Shown here: piece by piece, positions 52,103 through 61,518 of the stretch
Layout of the letters: the number at the start of each line of letters is the position of its first letter
How positions within the stretch are numbered: position 1 is the first letter of the stretch
Source of the DNA: Paramecium tetraurelia
Taxonomy: Eukaryota
Reading direction: 5' to 3'
Length of the DNA stretch: 61,518 bases
Assembly: GCA_000165425.1 (NCBI GenBank)
Contig: CT868096.1
Location: 888,601 to 950,118 of the forward strand
Translations under genes and position numbers: made by a program
Notes under the pieces: model-generated
What the model saw: only the letters and a program-made list of their open reading frames with translations
What the model was told of the DNA's origin: nothing
The model's database searches: none

Positions 52103-53846
52103 ATATAGAAAATGTGAACAAAAATATTAATACAACTTTATAATTTATTTTAAGTCTTAAACTAAAATCATTTAAAATTAGGAGTGATTTTTTTAATAAG
52201 TTATACAATTCCTTTTATTTGTTAAGTTTTTGGGCTAATTTAATTTAATATTGATTCCAAATTATTCTTAATGGTTTCAGCTAGTCTTATTTCAATTTTG
52301 TTGATTAAATCATACTCTATTTTGAATCCTGATTAAATAAGTATTTTAGCAAATTTGTCCTTATTAAATGAAATTGGTTTTTCTTTTTAATACTTTGCAA
52401 TCTCTTTATTTATATTACTTTCAATCTAAATTAAAAGATTTTGATACTTTTAAAAGCAAGAATTCAATGCTCTCCAATAAAGCTAAAAGAGATTCAATAC
52501 TATTATTAATATTGGGCTTTTCCTTTTGAAACCAATTTGTTAATGTTTATCGATCTACTTCTAACTTCTATTTGCTAACCTTTGAGCATAAAAATTCAAA
52601 ATATTCTTTTGGAGATTTTGGCATATACTAAATCCATAATTAAGAGCACTCAAATATTTGGACTAATAATTAGATTATCAAATTAAAATGTTTTATCTTA
52701 TCATAATTCCAAATCAGAGTTTAATTGCTTGATTAATTGTTTAATGACAAAAATTCATTCTCTCCTATTTAGATTTATATTTCTAAATCAAGTTTTGTTT
52801 ATTTTGGATTATCTAAATTGATATCCTCCAAGCCATGAAAAACAATATGAACTTGCGGTTTGAATTGAACACTTTCTTTTTGTTAAACTTGATTATGATT
52901 TAATGATTTGTATTCTTCTATTTTTAATTCAATTTATTCATAAAAATACTTTAAAATTGATTCCTCCAAAATAATTTTCATAACTTTAAATCCCCTTTAA
53001 ATATTATTAAAACTAAAGGCTATCCTTTGTATTCCTTCATTTTTAAATGAATGCTATGTGACACTAAATAATTCATTAAAATTGACTAGGCTAAAATTTA
53101 ATTTATTATTACTTTTGCGTAACATCAATGAGAATAGATTAAAATTTCCAAATCTATGTGTGAAATGAAGACTATTTTTAACTGATATTTAAGATATTTG
53201 GAAGTAATTGGGTTTGATATTAATAATTTTTTTCAGTAAATTCTATGTATTGCTTGTATCTGAGAGTATTTATTAACAATTGAAATGATGAATATAACTA
53301 AATATATTGTATAAAAGGTAAATGAAACATACTTATTTAGGATATTAACATGTTAGGATTATTGCTTGGTAAATTTTGATCAATATAAAAATTTAACTAT
53401 TTATGAATCTTGTTGTAGATTTTAGTATCCTCCTCATTTTAGATTTTTTTTGATAATAATTTTGCACAACATATTAGCATTTTATACCATGTAGCATCAT
53501 TCTTATTTTAATTGATATCCTATTCATTTGCAGAATTTTCATAAGACTCAATTAACTTATCTACATTGATTGTTTTATCAATTTAACATTCTTGTTATTT
53601 CAAGTATTAATACATCGAGATGGATTCCTATAATTACTTGTTGTGTTTGCAAATAAGGATTGCGAGTTGTTAAATTTCATTAAACATTAGATAATTGTTA
53701 AGAATAGAAAACTTTTCGAAAATCTCCTCTTAAGCTTAGATTTTCAATTAATCAGCTGATTAATTTTTCATTATTTACAGTATTTCATATAATTCCATTA
53801 GTCTACTGTTATCGTGAAAATTCCCAAAAATATTTTAGGTTGCCAT
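52103..53846 (-). pseudogene. Hypothetical gene, possibly disrupted
   Basis: Long coding-like frames from ATG 53846, with frame changes near 53480 and 52680 that I could not explain by clean introns. Confidence 0.4.
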
Positions 53847-54583
53847 TTAAATTAATTAACAAAATATTTTTTATAACACTCAAAGCTAACTCAAGCATTC
53901 TTAATAAGCATTTGAAATTAGTTTTAAAATATAACGTAAAGTGCGGATGCACTAATTTAAATAATGAACTTCCATTCTTTGATTTCTTTTAGTAACTAGT
54001 CCTTATTTAATTTTATTATCTATCAAGGTTTCAACATTTTAAGTGTCACATATTTTTAGTTATCTAGAAGCCTAGATAAATTTTGATGTTAAACCTTTAA
54101 AGCGAATAATGCTTATACAATATCAAATAATGATCATTTTAGAGAGAGCAAAATTCAAATATAGTATTTATATTTTATCACCAATATTTCCAAGTTAAAA
54201 ACAAAATTTTGAGTTACCTATTTAAAAGCTGCCTCATAGTATTATTAGAATAAAACATATTAGATAAATTTATTTGAATAAATACAAAGCAGATTAAAAT
54301 CCATTTTTACTAAAGATAAAAGGGTAATAATAATTTATTCCTTAGAAGATAATGGTTAAATGCTAATTATAATTTTTGTTAACATTTTCTTAATAAGTCA
54401 AAGTTATATAAGAATTGGATTGAAAAATAAAGGAGATTGAAATAAAAAGTTAAAAAAACATTAAAGATTCGTTCACACCCTTCGTCTGTAAGAAATAATG
54501 TAATAGTATAATGATAATAAAAAAAGTTGAATTAATTATAACAAAAATTCTATCTATCCTCATAAGAAAAAAAATTAAATTAA

Positions 54584-57500
54584 TCATGATTTTTATTGAT
54601 ATAAATCAAATTTTTTATTAGAATTTGTAGTAGAATTTAACTCAACTTACATTAATTATCCTTTTAAAAAAAACTAATCATTTGATTTTTGAGCGTATTT
54701 TGTTTTTGGTGTATTACCTTTAATATTCTCAACCAAAATTTCAGCATTATGCAAAATACAATCATTCTCAAAAGGATTATTAAACTTTTTTTACATTGTT
54801 GACAAATATTTAGTATTTCTACTAATCGAAGGTGAGTTAGGTCTTTAAACTAATTAGGTTTTATTTAAGTTATTTTTTGTCTATTGAGCATTTTTAAAAA
54901 AGTGCTTGGTAGTATGTTGTTTAATTTCAAAATCAGATAAACGATAGCTTTTTCCCCTTTGCGATCTGTTTTTTTCAGTTGAGTTGAACTAATCTCGATT
55001 TGTGACGGTGGGCAAGAAATCTTATTTGCTATCGAAAACAATAGATTTTTCATCTTCCAAGGTTGAATCAAATAAAATTCTTTTTTTTGGAATATTACTT
55101 GGTTTATGATTTGAAAATAAATTATACTACTTTTTGTAATTTTCTACTTCTATTTATAGATATTTCACTATTTCATTAGCATATTCTATTTTTGCAAAGT
55201 TATTTTATATTTATTCCTTTAAATCTTCGTGTTTCTTTTTCAAGTTATTTGATTATATCCAAATCATCTTGTCTGCTGGGCCGATTATTAAATTAATTTT
55301 GTAAATCATTGATTTATTCTGTAAGTTATTCTGTATTTATTTTAAATTATTCCTCTAATTTTAATAGTGTTTAAGTTAATTCAAATTTTCTTTAGTTTCC
55401 TTCTTAAAATTAAGCATTTAATTCCTTTATTTAATTTTTTGAATTTTATATTTCAACTTCTTATTCATGTATTAGTTTCTCTTGCTTTTAAATCTTTTGG
55501 TCTTAAATTTTTTTAAAAGTCTCAAATTCTTGCTTCATAATATTTATTTCATTTTTAAATACATTAGACTAGGTTTCCAATTTATTTTCATAATCTACCA
55601 TTTAATCTTGGAGTTAATTTTTACTTAATTCCTTTAACCGTTGTAATTCTCTAGATTTCAACTCAAAATCTTCACTATATTTGTCGTTCAAAAACAAGGA
55701 TTCTTTTAATTAGAGCTAGATTGATATTATTATATACTTCTAAATCACTAATTATTTTATTTAATGATAGTATCTTAGATTATTGTACCTCAAATTATTT
55801 AGTAAGATTAGAATCAATATTTTTAGTTTACTATTATGAATTTATTTATTATTTCTGGTCTTTGCTTTCATTTGTACTCGACCTTTTCTTTTATGCAGTT
55901 TAAGTTGATTTATTTTCTATAGAGTAATCCGTTTGAGTATGAATATCACTTGTATCTATATAACCTAAATATCCTTATTTTATTTCCTCAACTATTTCAT
56001 CAAGGTTATCATGAGGTAGAAATTTTGACATATACTTCTTTCTATCTGTTTAAGTTTGAGCATCAGCCCGAAATTCTTCAATTACTTGTGTTTAATCCTC
56101 CTATTTTACATTATATAAACTAGGAGTTAATGTCATTCTAATTGAGTTCTTCCATTGAAAAGATAAGTTTTGATCTGATTCGTGCAGGTCAAATTACTTC
56201 AGACTTTTAATTTCATCCATCTAACTATTTAACCTATCTTGCTATAGTTTATCTTCCTAACCTTTATTTGGCTTTGAATCTGATTCAACATCAATTGATT
56301 CTAACTAATTAGCTAACAAAAATAAAGGTCTATTTTGATCATTTTCTGTTATTTTATTGAGATTTGTATATTCTTTATAAAAGTCAATTGAAATTTGTTT
56401 TTGAATAGATTTAATTATCTTTGGGTCTGTTTAAGCTAAATAAACTATCTCATTTACAAGTTTTCTATATTTAATTTCAAATTCCTATTGACCAACAATT
56501 TGATCTTATAATTACGAAATTTTTTATTAAAATATTTCATTTTAAAATATTAGTTACGATTATTCTTCCTATAGCTATAACTTATTGTCTTGCAATTTAA
56601 TGACCTGATCATTAAGTTTCTTCCTTTCTAACTAATTTTCTTAACTTTCTTATTTTATCAATTTAATCATTTCCAAAATTTAGGATTTTGCAGATGATTA
56701 TTTCATAATTCCAATTTTTATTGTGCCTATGTTACTTAACTCTAGTAATATTTAATTTTAGATTTCCTTTTACAATTCGATATCTTTAATCTTTTGTTAA
56801 AGTACCTATTAAGTCATTTACATCTCATCTTTCAATGAGGCAATAGATAATTTTAAATCAGAAATGATTGATTCTTGTTATTTTGAATTATCTTGAAGTT
56901 AATAATTTAATTAGGATTGAACTTAAACCTCACCTAGTTACTTTTTAATTATTTCTTACAATTCTGTCTATTAATTAAGGATTGTTTCGTAATCTTATTG
57001 CAATTGTTGGTTAAATTTCTCATAAGAAGAAATCTTCTTCTCTAATTCTGCTCGCATTTAATCTAAGTAAATATTCATTGTTTACCTTTTTCATTTATAT
57101 CCTTAGCCTAATTCTTTAATTTGGTTTAGTATTCCTCGAAATTTGATTATTAAACTTTATGTAATCGGATTGTATATGCCTTTTCCAATTCAGACAATTA
57201 AGATTTTCCTCTGGCTATAATCATTTATAATTCATTTTTTTCGCCATCATGTTACTTTTTGAGTTTTTAAATTTCATTTGAGAGACTTTTAATTTACTAT
57301 TCTTGTGTTGTTTTCTCTTAAGCTAGAAGATTCATTGAATTTCTATATATTTAGCAATTTGAAGTGGCTAGTGTTAAATTCTCCTAAAGTTCCTTTAAAG
57401 CTTTAGAATATTGTTCTGTTAAGTTAGTTTCAATATTTTATTATTGCTGTTAATATTTATCTTTCTATTCAAGCAATAGTTATTTTAATTCAGCACATTA

Positions 57501-57770
57501 ATTCTTCAGTTGTTTAATTTCATGCTGGAGAGCATTTATGTTCAATTAATAGTATTCAGCATCCTCCTTGACAAATTATAAAGCTTGTGTAATATCACAC
57601 AATTCCATATTAAGATATCTATTGGGAACATCTCTAAGGTATGATTTCAATTCCTTTACTCTATTATTCAAAAAATGATGGAATGCCAAGATATCTTCCT
57701 TTAACAGATGATTTTCTTTATTTAAGTTGATTACTTACCTTTATAAAAATTCAATTTAACTTTCTGACAT
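54584..57770 (-). CDS. Large Gln-rich coiled-coil protein
   Basis: ATG 57770 (MSESQIEFLQRQVINLNKEN...), ~1000 codons of coiled coil, TGA 54584-54586. Confidence 0.75.
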
Positions 57771-58299
57771 TAAATTAAAGGAATTATAAAAAAAAATAAA
57801 GTAATATTTAACTATTTAATTACTTTTTTGAAAAGACTTCATCGATGCATAAGAAAAGAGGGAAGAAAAAAATAAAGTTGAAGAAAGGAAAAATTTTCGA
57901 AAAAACAAATTGCAACTTTGAATAGTTAAACAAAAGTATTAGTGACACATAAATTTATGACCTTTTTAATTACAAATAATTGAAAATTAATTTATATTAA
58001 AAATAACCCTTTAAGTTTATTCTTATATGTCAGAAAACAACAATTAGTAAATTAAATGACTCTAAGAAGCATTCTAAATATAGATCACATGAGAATCCTT
58101 AGCCCTTGAGAAGGTTTCTGTTTTAGAAGAGGGAATAATTCTTTTAATTGAAAAAATTTAAGTTAAATATTGAAAAAACACTAGTTTATACTGAAATACA
58201 TATTGAATATTAAAATTAGCAAATGAATATCTTTTTTAAAATTATCAAAAAGAATAATGTGAATTGTTTATAAATATTTGTTTATATATAATTAATAAA

Positions 58300-59420
58300 T
58301 TTGTTATTGTTGTTGTTTATTGATAACAGCTCTCTTTTGCTAAAATAGCCATAACTTTGATTAATTTTCAGACCGCTAAATTGTAACATCCTTTATTTTA
58401 GAGTTATTGATATTACATTATTCTGCTTAGAATATTGGTACTTTTGCAAGCTTTTGAAATGGGAAATAGATTTTTCAAATTTATTTCTTTCATCCTCCCA
58501 AATTTTACTATATTGATTGGAACATAAGCTTATCTATATGATCCAATAAATTAAACTAATATTGAATCAATAGAAAACACAATTGAACTAATTTTTCATT
58601 AATACCCTCTAACTGTTAAATAAGTTTTTTATCTCTGATATTCCTCAATTTGATAACTCCATGTGTAGAGGCTCGAATATTATTACTTGGCGAGAATGTC
58701 ATGCCACCATTTTCCTTCCCCCTTCCTTGAGTTTATCACTATTACTTAGTATCTTCCCACATAATAATACTTCATTTGCTGTGCCAGAAGCAAGATATAT
58801 TCTCCTTAACTCAGCTCTTATGATCATCGAGCTGTTTGATTAAAATTGTAACATTTGCCATTTTGTTTCCAAATCAAAATTGTGTTATCATCGCTTACAG
58901 AATTTATTGAAATTTACTATATTTGAGAATTAGTTCAAGATTAAAAAAATGCAATTTACTTTATGTGAATTAGCTAGTTTTGTCTAACTTTATTTATCAG
59001 TACTCTATGTGTTGTCTTTACTCAAACAACAAAGTAATTTTTAGTCACTTATTGATTATCAATATTAGTATTCAATTTAAGAATGGCTGTTCAAATCTGT
59101 TTACTAATTGTTTTAATAAAACCACTGACAGATGTATTATAGCTTATTCTTAAAAAATATTCCAAATAAAATCTTATCTTTAGTTATCAAAAAGAGACAT
59201 TCTTCTATTTGATAAATAGGATTAAACTAACTTAAATGCTTATTCATCTATAATGTTATTTTCTTATTTTTCTTTACATCTCAAATAAACAAATTGTTAT
59301 ATTCGCTACAGAAAAGAAGTGTTAGTCCATCAGGAGATAAGCATATATCTAAACCAATTCCTAATGCCCTTCAAACATTTTAGTTTCAACGTAGCCCTTC
59401 TTTTGCCATAATATAATGCT
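58300..59420 (-). pseudogene. WD40-repeat pseudogene fragment
   Basis: FEGHQELV/ICLSPDGLTLL...LFI*DVK (TGA at the WD Trp), SVSDDNTILIWK, YLASG, MTFSP...QQLEG/KISSIVFS, broken by frameshifts; tail PIFQAEQCNINNSKI...LFQQKRA. Confidence 0.75.
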
Positions 59421-60195
59421 AACCAATATTTCATCTTTTCTTAAGTATGAACTGGTGGGATATATAATTTGAATTTATGTAGATTAACATATATTGTTTT
59501 AAATTTGACAGAAATCTAAGTTCTTTTAGTTTTAAAGAATCTGGGGCACTAATTGTCGTACGAGATACATTTAAAAACGTATAATTATAAACTTCTTGAT
59601 GACCTAAACTTCTGCTTGCAAAGTTTTAATTCATAAGTATTACAATTTTCTTCAGCTATTTTATTAAAGTAAAATATTCTCATCTGCTTTTAACATTTAG
59701 AAGAAGAAAAGTAAACAAGAAAAATCTAAAATTAAAAAAAATTCCACTAAAATTCATCAAATAAATGCTTCAATTTTTTTCCAATTAATTTATTGCTAGT
59801 AATTCTTGGTAATATAATCTATTTCCGTTATGTAATATTATTATAATTAAATTTAACTCAAATGAAAATAACAGATATGATATTTATACACATTTAGTAT
59901 GGGAAACAAATACAAAGATTCTAAAAAGAATACAATTTACAGCAGGAAGACAGAAAAGATGTAGATTATTAATTCGTGTAAATTAATATGGATAACCGAA
60001 AGACATTAATTTAATAAAATGTATTTTTGTTTTGTAATTTACAAAATTCACATTTAGATTAAGTAAACTTTTGAAATAATCTTTATTTTTTCCGTTGCTC
60101 AAATACAAAAAAAAAAAGTAAATAGATATTCAGAGTTTGATTGAGGTTGTTTAAATTAGAAGATAAAATATTTGATGTTTCAATATGAAAATACT

Positions 60196-61467
60196 TCATA
60201 ACTTCAATAGTTAAGTTCTAATAGATGCATTTTGATTTAATCCAAGTTCCAATGCAGCCAAATAAAAGTATTTAGCTTCTGATTTTCTTCGTAATTCAAA
60301 TAATGAATCAGCTAAAATTAAATTACAGTTTTATTTACCTTTAAGTTTAAATCCAAGAGCATAAATTTCTATATTTAATGCTTAATCAAAATTTGAGATA
60401 GCATCAATATATTTCTATTATGAGTGTAAGATGACCCCTAAATAAAAAGAGTAATGAACCTTTGTTTTCAAATGATTTACGAGCCTAACAATTAATAGAA
60501 ATAGATTTATTGTAACATTCAAGTACTTCTTCATATTGATTCAAATTTTGTAATGCCAATCCTAAATATTAGTATTTAACAAAAGACCCTTGCTATGCCA
60601 TGCAGAATCATATTATGGATTTTTCGAAATAGCTTCATTATAACATTCAATTGCTTCTTGGGATTAATTCTAAGTGTCTAATGCACGCCCTAATTGTTAA
60701 TAATTAATATTAATTACCCTTGTTATACCATGCAGAATCGTTTTTTGGATTTATAAAAAGAGCTTGATTGTAACAATTAATTGCTTCTTAATATTGATTT
60801 AATTTTTATAATGCAGATCCTAAATATTGATAGAGAACAATTATATACCTTTGTTATTCCAGGCTAAATCAAATTTTGGATTAACAAAAAGGGCCTGATT
60901 GTAACATTCAATGGCTTCTTGATATTGTTTTAATCTTTGTATTATCAACCCTAAATTATAATATTTAAACCATTGGTTACCTTTATTATTCCAGGCAGAA
61001 AATCTTTTTGGATTAATGGAAAGAGCTTAATTGTAACAATTAATTGCTTCTTGATGTTGATTTAAATTTTGTAATGCCAAACCTAAATATTAATCTTTAA
61101 CAAAAAATACCCTTTCTAAACCAAGCAGAATCATGTTATGGATTTTTCGAAATAACTTCATTATAACATTCAATTGCTTCTTGGGATTAATTCTAAGTGT
61201 CTAATGCACGGCCTAAGTGTTAGTAATTAATACTCATTACCCTTTTAATACCATGCAGAATCGTTTTTTGGATTAATAGAAAGAGCTTGATTGTAACAAT
61301 TAATTGCTTCTTAATATTGATTTAATTTTTATAATGCAGATCCTAAATATTGATAGAGAACAATTATATACCTTTGTTATTCCAGGCTAAATCAAATTTT
61401 GGATTAATAAAAAGGGCCTGATTGTAACATTCAATAGCTTCTTGATATTGTTTTAAACTTTGTAGTA
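60196..61467 (-). CDS. TPR-repeat protein, 5'-truncated in this window; one TPR per exon
   Basis: Repeats such as GSALQKLNQYQEAINCYNQALSINPKNDSAWYQK; nine phase-1 introns, each directly after the AAR Lys codon plus G; ends ...RTQLLKL* at 60196. Confidence 0.9.
60540..61467. repeat. Higher-order tandem duplication, period ~523 bp (4 TPR exons + 4 introns)
   Basis: atgcagatcctaaatattgatagagaacaattatatacctttgttattccaggctaaatcaaattttggattaa occurs at 60811 and 61334, including an identical 29-nt intron. Confidence 0.92.
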
Positions 61468-61518
61468 TACAATTCAGAAAAGTCTTTCAGTACCTGACTT
61501 CAGTAATCACAGGTCCGA

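Noticed and set aside
53983..54423. TGA-free plus-strand frame of ~147 codons
   Set aside because: With a single stop codon, such frames arise by chance; no clear start or motif.
57845..58300. Lys-rich plus-strand ORF
   Set aside because: Low complexity, no motif, and it runs into the antisense of the WD40 pseudogene without a convincing end.
59275..59290. In-frame TGA as selenocysteine or readthrough
   Set aside because: It sits at the Trp of a WD motif among frameshifts, so it is best read as a nonsense mutation; no SECIS seen.
60196..61467. CRISPR-like repeat-spacer array
   Set aside because: The repeats translate to TPRs and the 'spacers' are GT..AG introns.

Overview
AT-rich, gene-dense ciliate macronuclear DNA, most likely Paramecium (aurelia-type). 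Reading frames stay open only when TAA/TAG are read as Gln and TGA is the sole stop (translation table 6). Genes carry tiny ~20-30 nt GT..AG introns, and many intergenic spacers are only 23-70 bp, so the supplied standard-code ORF track is mostly fragments or antisense noise. I re-translated by eye and support about 30 genes. Recognisable ones: OFD1, an ICL1e-type centrin, a bacterial-type D-Ala-D-Ala carboxypeptidase (PBP/S11), two ULK-like kinases, an SPX-EXS protein, CCDC77, an AGC kinase, an ankyrin-anoctamin fusion, a CAMK/AMPK-like kinase, a histidine phosphatase, a Na+/H+ exchanger, ASF1, a PWWP+TFIIS-M-like protein, a GBP-like GTPase, dynactin p150, fRMsr (GAF), a uridine-kinase-like protein and a START protein. 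The right end holds a decayed WD40 pseudogene and a TPR gene built from 102-nt one-repeat exons with a ~523-bp higher-order duplication, cut off at a TA by unrelated sequence. All coordinates, splice models and family calls come from manual reading and remembered motifs; no database search was run.
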